Part shown: positions 33,988 to 42,282 of the stretch, one piece after another
Layout: each line of letters starts with the position of its first letter
How positions within the stretch are numbered: position 1 is the stretch's first letter
Origin: Pseudomonadota bacterium
GTDB taxonomy: Bacteria; Campylobacterota; Campylobacteria; Campylobacterales; Sulfurimonadaceae
DNA length: 64,000 nucleotides
Direction of reading: 5' to 3'
Assembly (NCBI GenBank): GCA_043797085.1
Contig: JAZDQA010000004.1
Location: 64,001 to 128,000 of the forward strand
Notes under the pieces: model-generated
The model's input: only the letters and a program-made list of their open reading frames with translations
Told to the model about the DNA's origin: nothing
Database searches by the model: none
Program-made: the position numbers and the translations under genes

Positions 33988-34176
33988 ATAATTGTGTAAT
34001 AGTATTTGCTGTCGAGTGGCAATTAAGATTAGACTGGAAAATATTTATGGACATCATATTCAACTCAGCCAAATAGCATAGTATGATTACAATAAATATT
34101 CATACCAAATATGGTATGATTAAAACACTAATTCAACCCGTTTGAAAATAATCGATCCACAAAGGCAACACCTCAC

Positions 34177-35334
34177 ATGAAACGTTGGATATGGGAACAA
34201 GATGCTTATCCTCATTTTACCTATGATTTGAATACGCTTGAACAGTTGATTCAAGAGGTTTCACTGTCGCAAGGGTATCTGATCGCCATCACCCAAACGA
34301 TGGATCAAAACAATATCGCACAAAGACAACTCGAAGCGCTGATGAATGAAGCGATCAGCACCTCCGCAATCGAGGGAGAGATTCTCAATCGTGACAGTGT
34401 CAAAGCCTCTATCCAACGCAAGCTTGGGTTTACAGAGATAGACTCTTCAAAACGAGATATTTCGACCGATTATTTGATAGAAATACTTATCGATGCCAAT
34501 ACGAATTACGATCAAGATTTAACGCTTGAACGACTTTTTGGATGGCACAACGCTCTTTTTCCTCGTGGATATAGCGGTCTAAATAAGATCAACGTTGCCA
34601 CATTTAGAGGCGAAGAGGATATGGAGATTGTAGGCGGTGCCGCAGGAAAAGAGAAAACATTTTATCTAGCACCACCTAGAACGATGCTCGAAGAGGAGAT
34701 GAGTAGATATCTGCATTGGTTTAACGAAACGCCTGCAAGTTTGCTAAAGGCGTGTATCGCCCATCTATGGTTTGTTATTATTCACCCTTTTGATGATGGT
34801 AACGGTCGTATTGCCCGTGCCATCACCGATTTGGTTTTATCAAAAATAGAAAAATCGACCGTGTCGAGACTCTATTCGATGTCAAGTGCAATTAACAGTG
34901 ATCGCAAGGGGTATTACCGTGCGTTGGAACAGACAACGGGGTATGTCAGAAAAGAGACCAACCATATGAATATTACCATTTGGTGTAAATGGTTCCTCTC
35001 GACATTGAATACTGCATTGAGTGATACTAAAAAAAAGCTGGGATATATTGTCCAAAAAACGACGTTTTGGGATAAGTATAGAAATTATGATCTAAATCCA
35101 AGACAAACTAAAGTGCTTAATAAAATCCTCGATATGGGAGTTGAAAACTTTCAAGGCTCTTTGAGCAAAAAAAAATATATGACAATAGCAGACTCTGCAT
35201 CCACCACTGCCTCAAGAGATATTACACAGTTACTCGAAATAGGGTGTATCCGTCAAATTGAGGGGACGAATGGGAGAAATGTACGTTATGAGATTGTTTT
35301 TAGAACTGCTCCATGTGGTGTAGAGGAACAGTAG
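34177..35334 (+). CDS. Fic family protein (DUF4172-type N-terminus)
   Basis: WIWEQ start, STSAIEGE inhibitory motif, HPFDDGNGRIAR catalytic motif, C-terminal wHTH. Confidence 0.92.
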   Translation: MKRWIWEQDAYPHFTYDLNTLEQLIQEVSLSQGYLIAITQTMDQNNIAQRQLEALMNEAISTSAIEGEILNRDSVKASIQRKLGFTEIDSSKRDISTDYLIEILIDANTNYDQDLTLERLFGWHNALFPRGYSGLNKINVATFRGEEDMEIVGGAAGKEKTFYLAPPRTMLEEEMSRYLHWFNETPASLLKACIAHLWFVIIHPFDDGNGRIARAITDLVLSKIEKSTVSRLYSMSSAINSDRKGYYRALEQTTGYVRKETNHMNITIWCKWFLSTLNTALSDTKKKLGYIVQKTTFWDKYRNYDLNPRQTKVLNKILDMGVENFQGSLSKKKYMTIADSASTTASRDITQLLEIGCIRQIEGTNGRNVRYEIVFRTAPCGVEEQ

Positions 35335-35418
35335 ACAGACAGCAAGTCGGCTATAAACAAAAAATTTAAGGAGATCGTGTTTGTGTGATGCTGTCTGTCT
35401 ACTATGCCCAAAAGGGCA
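35330..35418 (-). other. Structured 3' region of the cytochrome c553 transcript: 15-bp inverted repeat plus adjacent hairpin
   Basis: AGTAGACAGACAGCA (35330-44) pairs with TGCTGTCTGTCTACT (35389-403); TGCCC-aaaa-GGGCA at 35405-18. Confidence 0.6.
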
Positions 35419-35429
35419 GAGTGTCGAAA

Positions 35430-35729
35430 TTATTTAGCGATATAAGCGGCGATAGAAGTGATTTGAGCATCACTAAGCGTTGCTGCTTGTCCTTTCATGA
35501 CCGCTTTCATCGGTCCGCCGTAGGTTCCAGCTTTGTACCCTTTGAGTGCGGTGATAATACCTGCAGCTCCCATATCTTTTATGATTTTACTTTTCCCAAG
35601 TGCCACTTTTTCACCTGCGGCACCGTGACACGCTGCACATTTTTTGTACAAATCTGCACCTTCATCTGCCATAACACTAACACTGCCAAGCCCTAATAAG
35701 GCAACGAATACCAAAATACTTTTTTTCAT
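35430..35729 (-). CDS. Cytochrome c553 (periplasmic monoheme)
   Basis: Signal peptide, CAACH, YGGPMKAVMKGQ axial Met region. Confidence 0.93.
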   Translation of the reverse strand: MKKSILVFVALLGLGSVSVMADEGADLYKKCAACHGAAGEKVALGKSKIIKDMGAAGIITALKGYKAGTYGGPMKAVMKGQAATLSDAQITSIAAYIAK

Positions 35730-35785
35730 AGTTAAACCCCTGGATAAAGATGTTAATATTATAAAAGATTATGAAATAAATTGCT

Positions 35786-35799
35786 TTGATGCAGGTCAA
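35786..35799 (-). promoter_or_regulatory. Crp/Fnr-type box upstream of cytochrome c553
   Basis: TTGAT-GCAG-GTCAA, 22 nt from TATAAT (35763-35758, minus strand). Confidence 0.8.
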
Positions 35800-35805
35800 G
35801 AGCCG

Positions 35806-36471
35806 TTACGATCGTAGGGTTATATGCGGGGCTAGTCTTTCATAGTCAACACGACGATTTGATGATGAAAGGTTTCCTATCGTTTTCATTCCCCCTTGAA
35901 AAATCTGTACGTAATATTCGCGATTATATCCCCTACGCTTTAAGATCTTTGCCATGGTGATAATATCTTCTTCGTCTAGCAATTCTGGATGAAATGTTGT
36001 TCGTACTTCAAAATCAATGCCACTATGATGAAGTATTTTAAAACTCTCCCAAAAACGTTTTTCGCTTCCGCCACCGCAGATTTCCCCCATTTTTGCTTCA
36101 GGGGCTTTGTAGTCTAGGGCAATATAATCAATAAGTTTGTTGTCGATTAGCACTTTAATCACATCAGGACGCATACCGTTGGTGTCGAGTTTGATTTTAT
36201 ATCCCAGTGTTTTTATAGAACGACAAAAAGCCAGAAGATGAGGGTAGGTCGTGCATTCGCCGCCACTAAGTACGACGCCTTCCAGCAGTCCTTGGCGACG
36301 GCGTAAAAAAGCAAGCGCTTCCTCTTCATCTATATGTGCAGTACCGAATACAATATCAGGATTGTAGCAGTAAACGCATCGCAGATTGCACCCTGCAAAC
36401 CAAAAAATAGCCGCAGGAGTGTCGGGGAAATCGAGAAGGGTAAACGGGGTGATGTCGTAGAGTGCTTTCAT
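35806..36471 (-). CDS. nrdG: Anaerobic ribonucleoside-triphosphate reductase activating enzyme (radical SAM)
   Basis: GCNLRCVYCYNP, SGGE, KLDTNG, EVRTT; downstream of nrdD. Confidence 0.92.
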   Translation of the reverse strand: MKALYDITPFTLLDFPDTPAAIFWFAGCNLRCVYCYNPDIVFGTAHIDEEEALAFLRRRQGLLEGVVLSGGECTTYPHLLAFCRSIKTLGYKIKLDTNGMRPDVIKVLIDNKLIDYIALDYKAPEAKMGEICGGGSEKRFWESFKILHHSGIDFEVRTTFHPELLDEEDIITMAKILKRRGYNREYYVQIFQGGMKTIGNLSSSNRRVDYERLAPHITLRS

Positions 36472-36475
36472 GTTT

Positions 36476-36561
36476 CGTCATCCTCGGGCTTGACCCGGGG
36501 ATCCATCCCCTTTTTCATTCACAAAAATACTAAGCTGGATTCCCGCCTACGCGGGAATGAC
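36476..36561 (-). repeat. Bipartite palindromic REP/RPE-like element, copy 2
   Basis: Reverse complement GTCATTCCCGCGTAGGCGGGAATCCAGCTT...GGGGATGGATCCCCGGGTCAAGCCCGAGGATGACG; arms near-identical to copy 1, spacer differs. Confidence 0.85.
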
Positions 36562-36587
36562 AGAGTGCTATAGGAAATAATATCTTG

Positions 36588-36752
36588 CTAGCTGGCTTTT
36601 AAACACTCTTTAAAATACATTCGATCTTTATGCTCTTGTTTTTTTCCGATATTAAAACTCTCGACGGGGCGATGATACCCCATCACTCTTGTGTACACCA
36701 TACAACGTGTTCGTTTGCTTTCTTGGCTTTTCAGCACCATTTCTGTATTCAT
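36588..36752 (-). CDS. Stand-alone glycyl-radical peptide of class III RNR (54 aa, absent from ORF track)
   Basis: MNTEMVLKSQESKRTRCMVYTRVMGYHRPVESFNIGKKQEHKDRMYFKECLKAS; RVMGY glycyl-radical motif; ATGA overlap with nrdD stop; AAGGAGG RBS. Confidence 0.9.
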   Translation of the reverse strand: MNTEMVLKSQESKRTRCMVYTRVMGYHRPVESFNIGKKQEHKDRMYFKECLKAS

Positions 36753-38851
36753 GCAACCTCCTTGGATAAGATTAATTCGTCACATTTCGGGCAAAACTCA
36801 TGTTCGCCGTGTAGATAGCCGTGCATCGGACACACAGAAAAAAGCGGTGTGATGGTGATATAGGGCAATCGGTGATGAGTTAAGACATTTTTGACCATCC
36901 GTCTACATGCTTCGATGGTTCCGATGCGCTCACTCATATAGAGATGCAACACCGTTCCCCCTGTATATTTACACTGAAGTTCGTCTTGGAGTTCCAGTGC
37001 CTCAAAGGGGTCGTCGGTATAGGCAACTGGGATTTGGGAGCTGTTGGTGTAATAAATGTTGTCACCTTCTCCTGCTTGTAAAATGTCGGGATAACGTTTT
37101 TTATCCTCTTTGGCAAAACGATACGTCGTCCCCTCGGCGGGTGTTGCTTCCAGATTGTACAAATTACCGCTGCGCTCTTGATAACCTCGGATGATATTAC
37201 GCATTTTTTCTAAAATATCCAGTGAAAACTCCACTCCCCATGCAGTGGATAAATCCTCTGTATCACCGCTAAAATTACGAACCATTTCGTTCATCCCGTT
37301 GACTCCGATGGTGGAAAAATGGTTATTGAATCCTTTTAAATAGCGTGCAGTATAAGGATAAAGTCCCCGCTCGAACATCTCGTTTACAAAGACTCGCTTT
37401 TTCTCCAGCGTTGAATAGGCAATTTCCATTAGCACATCCAGTGCCTCAAAAAACCGATCTTTATCTCCCGTGTACAAATAGCCTAAGCGTGCCATATTGA
37501 TGGTAACGACGCCGATGCTTCCCGTCATTTCGGCACTGCCGAACAGTCCATTTCCACGCTTTAGAAGTTCTCGCAAATCAAGCTGTAAGCGACAGCACAT
37601 ACTGCGTACCGCTCCCGGTTTATATGCATTGGGGTTTTCTATTTTATTTCCATTTTCATCTTTTAGATATTGGCTGCCGATAAAGTTTTGAAAATAGCTC
37701 GAACCGATTTTGGCAGTGTTTTCGAACAAAATATCGGTGTTTTCACCGTACCAGTCGAAATCTTCGGTGATATTGACCGTGGGGATTGGGAACGTAAAGG
37801 GCTGTCCGCCACTGTCGCCCTCGGTCATAATCTCATAGTAGGCTTTGTTAATAACGTTCATCTCTGCTTGAAAGTCACCGTATGTCAGGGCTTCGAGAGA
37901 ATGTTTTCCTCTCTCAAATAACTTGCGTTGATGATGTGCGGTTGCACTGATTTGCGAAAAAAGATGGTGATCATTATAGGTGGGAATTTGCCCCGCTAAA
38001 TCCTCAGGAACAACCCAGTCGAGGGTAATATTCGTAAAAGGAGATTGTCCCCAGCGGGCTGGGACGTTGAGATTGTAGACAAAACTTCGTATCGCTTTTT
38101 TCACATCATCCGCACTCAAAGCATCGATAAATACATAAGGAGCCAAATAGGTATCGAATGAGCTAAATGCTTGAGCTCCTGCCCATTCGGATTGCAGTAT
38201 TCCTAAAAAATTTGCCATTTGTCCCAATGCTTCACGCAAATGACGGGGAGGTGCGCTCTCAACACGTCCTCGAACGCCGTTAAACCCTTCGTTGAGCAAT
38301 GCACGTAAACTCCATCCGGCACAATATCCCGTCAGACAATCAAGATCGTGGATATGGATATCACCATTGCGATGAGCCGCTCCCTCTTGGGGTGAGTAGA
38401 TGGTATCGAGCCAAAAGTTTGCAACTACTTTTCCTGCTAGATTGTTGATAAGTCCTGCATTGGAATATCCTGTATTGGCATTGGCATTGATGCGCCAGTC
38501 CGTTTTATAGATGTATTCCTGAACGCTTTGGGTGGAGTTTACGAATGTGGTGTCGGGTAATAAACCTGCGACGTGTTCACGCTGCATTTTGTGTAAAAAT
38601 CGGTAAGTGATAAACGATTTCATCACCGTAAACTCACCCGAATTATGGAGCTCTTCTTCGATGATGTCTTGAATCTCTTCTACATTCCAAAGAGGCTTGG
38701 TCTCTAATCTCTCTAAAAGACATTTTAGTGCGATTTGATTGTAGGGGCGTGAGACACTTTCAAACCCTTTTTTGATTGCATCTACAATCTTATAGAGATG
38801 AAAGAGTTCTGTTGATCCATCGCGTTTACAAACACGTCTAGCTACCCCCAT
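36749..38851 (-). CDS. nrdD: Class III (anaerobic) ribonucleoside-triphosphate reductase large subunit, lacking the glycyl-radical loop
   Basis: N-terminal ATP cone (KRDGS), HIHDLD, TFPIPT, RSMCCRL, EATPAE, YTGGT, Zn site CPMHG...CPKC, then stop. Confidence 0.93.
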   Translation of the reverse strand: MGVARRVCKRDGSTELFHLYKIVDAIKKGFESVSRPYNQIALKCLLERLETKPLWNVEEIQDIIEEELHNSGEFTVMKSFITYRFLHKMQREHVAGLLPDTTFVNSTQSVQEYIYKTDWRINANANTGYSNAGLINNLAGKVVANFWLDTIYSPQEGAAHRNGDIHIHDLDCLTGYCAGWSLRALLNEGFNGVRGRVESAPPRHLREALGQMANFLGILQSEWAGAQAFSSFDTYLAPYVFIDALSADDVKKAIRSFVYNLNVPARWGQSPFTNITLDWVVPEDLAGQIPTYNDHHLFSQISATAHHQRKLFERGKHSLEALTYGDFQAEMNVINKAYYEIMTEGDSGGQPFTFPIPTVNITEDFDWYGENTDILFENTAKIGSSYFQNFIGSQYLKDENGNKIENPNAYKPGAVRSMCCRLQLDLRELLKRGNGLFGSAEMTGSIGVVTINMARLGYLYTGDKDRFFEALDVLMEIAYSTLEKKRVFVNEMFERGLYPYTARYLKGFNNHFSTIGVNGMNEMVRNFSGDTEDLSTAWGVEFSLDILEKMRNIIRGYQERSGNLYNLEATPAEGTTYRFAKEDKKRYPDILQAGEGDNIYYTNSSQIPVAYTDDPFEALELQDELQCKYTGGTVLHLYMSERIGTIEACRRMVKNVLTHHRLPYITITPLFSVCPMHGYLHGEHEFCPKCDELILSKEVA

Positions 38852-38936
38852 TGTTGTTCCTTTTTTTAGAATTTATATCCGGCTTAACGCCGTATTTTTA
38901 GATAGTTAATTGTAATGGATTTGGGGATTAATGTCT

Positions 38937-38950
38937 TTGACTTGGGTCAA
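38937..38950 (-). promoter_or_regulatory. Crp/Fnr-type box upstream of nrdD
   Basis: TTGAC-TTGG-GTCAA, 22 nt from TACAAT (38914-38909, minus strand). Confidence 0.85.
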
Positions 38951-39048
38951 TATATCGAAGAAATACGTTGATTTATAGTGAGATATAAAAAGAGTTTAAG
39001 TGCGCTGGAATGACGAGTTCCAGCACGAAAGTTTTAGTTAAGAAGAAT

Positions 39049-39068
39049 AAAAAAGGCCCGAAGGCCCT
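39049..39068 (-). terminator. Rho-independent terminator of the porin gene
   Basis: Minus strand AGGGCC-TTCG-GGCCT followed by a T run. Confidence 0.75.
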
Positions 39069-39080
39069 GAGGAGAAAGTA

Positions 39081-40424
39081 TTAGAATTTTAAAGAAGCGA
39101 TAACACGGAAAGTATCCGTAGTTTTGTCATTATTATCATTAGCTTTAACATCTTTATCAAACTGAGTATAGATAGCGGTTAAATCAACAGCTCCAACTTT
39201 TGTAGCTGCGGTAACATCCCATGCAGTAAAGTCTGTATTTTGAGTACTAAGACCTGCTACTAAACCTGCTGTTCCACCATTGTTACCAGTCTCTGCTTGT
39301 GCATAACTAGCTGACAATGCAACACCTGGAACCATCTTAGTAGAAGCACCGATTTTCCATGCATCTGTATCCGGTGCTGCTGCAATCTCGCCATCCATAT
39401 AGATACTACCTAAAGTAGTATACACACTTGATTTATCACCTGTTGCAACGTTCGCAAAACCTAAAGTACCGGCACTAACTGTTGAATATGCTGCATAAAG
39501 ATTTACACCTGCAATATCAACCGCAGCTTTAAGTGCAAATACATCAGTATTTCTATCAGCTGCACCTGTTCCAACATCTGGCATCATGCCTGCGTATTGA
39601 ACACCGATATTAACCATGTCGATAACTTTTGTGTCTGCTTGCAACCAGTATGCATCCGCAACTTGAACAACATCATAATACCATGCTTGTACAGTTGTAT
39701 TTGGAAGTGATTTATTGACAGCTGCAAATGCATACGCGCCATCGGTTGCGAATGTACTAAAAGTACCATCTTTTGCGACGGTTGTATTACGACCAGTTAC
39801 GAGAGGTCCTGCAGCATCTGGATCACCCAATAAACCAACACCATTATGCTTTCCAACCCATGCAGCTACCAACGTTGTATTAGGAAGGTCATTATTTAAC
39901 AATACTGCCGCTTCAAACGTGTTATCTACAACGTTCCATGTTTCTGTAAATGCAAGTGGAGTATTCAATGCTTGACGACCGATTTTAGCCGTAGTTTTTC
40001 CAGCAGTGTAAGCCAAATACGCTTCTTCTACCCATGCTTGGTCATTCAATGATGACATATCACCACCAACAGCTGTATTTTGATAATTTGTACCATCTGC
40101 ACCAACTTTAGCCGTTGTAGTCGATCCAACCAAATTATTTTCAAGACCAAGCGTAGAAATAGCTGTTACTTTTACCCCAGCGCTAAGATTTTGCAGCAAA
40201 TCAGCTGTAGCACCAACGCTTAATTTCACATCAGCGGATGAGTTAGCAGTATTGTCAAAAAAGCCTTGTGCAGCTGTTGCAGCAGGAACAGCTGTAGCTC
40301 CTCCAGAATACTCAGATGTCTGATACCAAAGCTTTGCCTCACCATTTACTTTTACGTTATCAATCGCGAACGCACTTGTTCCCAATGCCATTACGGCTAC
40401 TAGACTTAATTTTACGAGTTTCAT
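39081..40424 (-). CDS. Outer-membrane porin (Campylobacterota MOMP/OprD-like)
   Basis: MKLVKLSLVA signal peptide, KIGRQALNTP motif, amphipathic beta strands, C-terminal Phe. Confidence 0.85.
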   Translation of the reverse strand: MKLVKLSLVAVMALGTSAFAIDNVKVNGEAKLWYQTSEYSGGATAVPAATAAQGFFDNTANSSADVKLSVGATADLLQNLSAGVKVTAISTLGLENNLVGSTTTAKVGADGTNYQNTAVGGDMSSLNDQAWVEEAYLAYTAGKTTAKIGRQALNTPLAFTETWNVVDNTFEAAVLLNNDLPNTTLVAAWVGKHNGVGLLGDPDAAGPLVTGRNTTVAKDGTFSTFATDGAYAFAAVNKSLPNTTVQAWYYDVVQVADAYWLQADTKVIDMVNIGVQYAGMMPDVGTGAADRNTDVFALKAAVDIAGVNLYAAYSTVSAGTLGFANVATGDKSSVYTTLGSIYMDGEIAAAPDTDAWKIGASTKMVPGVALSASYAQAETGNNGGTAGLVAGLSTQNTDFTAWDVTAATKVGAVDLTAIYTQFDKDVKANDNNDKTTDTFRVIASLKF

Positions 40425-40498
40425 ATTTTTCCTTTAAGTTCAAGTTGATCTTTGAGAGATCAATGGTTTATTGTAAGACAAACAGATTCTGCATGTCA

Positions 40499-40512
40499 TT
40501 GACTTAGGTCAA
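40499..40512 (-). promoter_or_regulatory. Crp/Fnr-type box upstream of the porin
   Basis: TTGAC-TTAG-GTCAA, 23 nt from TACAAT (40475-40470, minus strand). Confidence 0.8.
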
Positions 40513-40521
40513 TAAGGTATT

Positions 40522-40872
40522 TTAAAATCGATCTTTGAGATCGCCGTTGTATTTAATATCGCGCTTTGTAGCGTTTTCATCGTTTAGCCACTCGGGTAAA
40601 GCGTCGCCTACTGCTTCAAGCTTATCACGCTCGGCATTGAGCTCATCTTCACTGTAAGCGAATGACATATCTGCAGAAATAATGTGATCCATAAACTGAA
40701 TTCTTGTAAGTTTTTGAATCTCTTCTTCGACGCCTTCACCTTCAATGGTGACAATAATGCGCCCTTTTTCATCGTGAAAATGATAATCACAAAAATCAGA
40801 AGATTTAAAAATTTCGACTACTTCTTCGGTAAAATTTGGGTTGGTTTGCACCACAATGCTTGAAATATTCAC
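40522..40872 (-). CDS. napD: NapA chaperone
   Basis: MNISSIVV...GRIIVTIE pattern; last gene of the nap run; GTG start overlapping the napL stop. Confidence 0.9.
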   Translation of the reverse strand: MNISSIVVQTNPNFTEEVVEIFKSSDFCDYHFHDEKGRIIVTIEGEGVEEEIQKLTRIQFMDHIISADMSFAYSEDELNAERDKLEAVGDALPEWLNDENATKRDIKYNGDLKDRF

Positions 40873-41807
40873 GGTATTCTCCAATAATAAATTTTATTCT
40901 CTTCACCCGAACCGATTAGGGTATGCTCATCCAAAAAGATCAGCGAATCGTAAAGGGTTTCTCCCCCTTTTAATCGTGCGATTTTTCTTTGAGTGGCTAA
41001 ATCAAAAACTTGTAACTCATTTTCATCACCATCGGTATAAACCCCTTTGGATGCCGAAGGGCTAAGTCCGACTGCATAGACGAAAAAATCGGTTTCGATA
41101 AAATAACTCCCCTTTGGACGATAAACCCCGACACGACGATCATGCCCACCGCTGAGGATGGTGTTTTGTTGATAGGAGAGCCCATTGATTGCATCCAGGT
41201 TGAGCCCGCTGAGCGTTTTTATTTTTCGACCACTCATTGTCTCAATTTGTACAATTTCACCACTTTCATCCCCTACGGCTAAGAGTGATTTCTTAGGACT
41301 AAGTGCCATATCCCCAAACACTCCTCCACCGGCTTGTACTTGGTAGACGAGGGTTTGCTTGTTCAAATCCATAAGAACGATTGTATCACCAGAGAGTCCG
41401 AAGAGTAAATGACTTACATCAAGAAAACGAACTTTTTTAATCAATAGTCCTCTCGAATTATCAATAACTTTTAGCATCTTATTGTCGCGCCATAGATAAA
41501 CATTTCGAAAAGATTCACCACTCTCGGTCACGATAACCGTAGATGCTGCTAAATGATCGACAGAATAGATTTTTGGGGTAAAAACTTTGCCTAAAATGGA
41601 AACGTTTGGCGCAGTTATGGAACTGAGTTTATGTTTTGATACACTATCAAAAACATTCACAATTCCTGCATCTGTTGAGGTATAAATCTTGCCTTCTCGA
41701 ACTACCATGTCGCTGATTAACCCATCGGTTTTTAGTGTTGCAGAGTGGTTAATAACAGCTGCAACGCCAGTTATAAGAAGAAAAAATAAAAAAAATAATG
41801 TTTTCAT
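40869..41807 (-). CDS. napL: Periplasmic WD40/beta-propeller protein NapL
   Basis: Signal peptide, WD-like repeats, position between napF and napD. Confidence 0.8.
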   Translation of the reverse strand: MKTLFFLFFLLITGVAAVINHSATLKTDGLISDMVVREGKIYTSTDAGIVNVFDSVSKHKLSSITAPNVSILGKVFTPKIYSVDHLAASTVIVTESGESFRNVYLWRDNKMLKVIDNSRGLLIKKVRFLDVSHLLFGLSGDTIVLMDLNKQTLVYQVQAGGGVFGDMALSPKKSLLAVGDESGEIVQIETMSGRKIKTLSGLNLDAINGLSYQQNTILSGGHDRRVGVYRPKGSYFIETDFFVYAVGLSPSASKGVYTDGDENELQVFDLATQRKIARLKGGETLYDSLIFLDEHTLIGSGEENKIYYWRIP

Positions 41808-42280
41808 GCTACCATCTCAATCGCACCGCTGGGGCACACGCCGATACAATATCCACATCCCGTACATTTTTCAGGGAGGATAATCGGATGCAACATGCCT
41901 TTGAAAACAATTGCATTCTCCAAGCACGGCTCCTTGCAGGAAAAACAAATCGTCCCGTGATGGGACATGCAATTTAACATGGTGATTTTCGCATGGCCTT
42001 GTATGAAACGATTTGGATCATTTAGTACATTCGGAGTACATGCTTCGAGACATTTATGACAATCACTGCATCCTGTTGTTTTAAAATCCAAAAAAGGGAT
42101 TTTCTGATCATCAAGACGAATGATGTTCTCTTCACACGCAGTTGCACACATCGCTTCACATGTTTTACACGCTTCAAATGTTTCATTCAAAAGCGCGTAT
42201 GGAGGGCGAGTGGAAGATTTTACGTCATTAAAGAGTGCCGAAAGAGCACCAAAAAATCCTCCTCTTTTCGCCGTTTCCAT
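41804..42280 (-). CDS. napF: Ferredoxin-type protein NapF
   Basis: RPPYA motif and four Cys clusters. Confidence 0.88.
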   Translation of the reverse strand: METAKRGGFFGALSALFNDVKSSTRPPYALLNETFEACKTCEAMCATACEENIIRLDDQKIPFLDFKTTGCSDCHKCLEACTPNVLNDPNRFIQGHAKITMLNCMSHHGTICFSCKEPCLENAIVFKGMLHPIILPEKCTGCGYCIGVCPSGAIEMVA

Positions 42281-42282
42281 GA

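Noticed and set aside
36334..36573. 79-aa plus-strand ORF ending LDSRLRGNDRVL
   Set aside because: It is the translation of the palindromic repeat plus antisense nrdG, not a credible gene
36749..36752. nrdD as a frameshifted pseudogene
   Set aside because: The downstream segment has its own strong RBS and ATGA coupling, and all catalytic motifs and nrdG are intact
39004..39025. GCTGGAA-N7-TTCCAGC inverted repeat between the porin terminator and the nrdD promoter
   Set aside because: Single copy in the window with no supporting context; cannot distinguish a secondary terminator, repeat remnant or chance
40445..40463. TTGATCT...AGATCAA as an additional Fnr box
   Set aside because: Half-sites are 9 nt apart rather than 4 and it lies downstream of the -10; better explained as a 5' RNA hairpin
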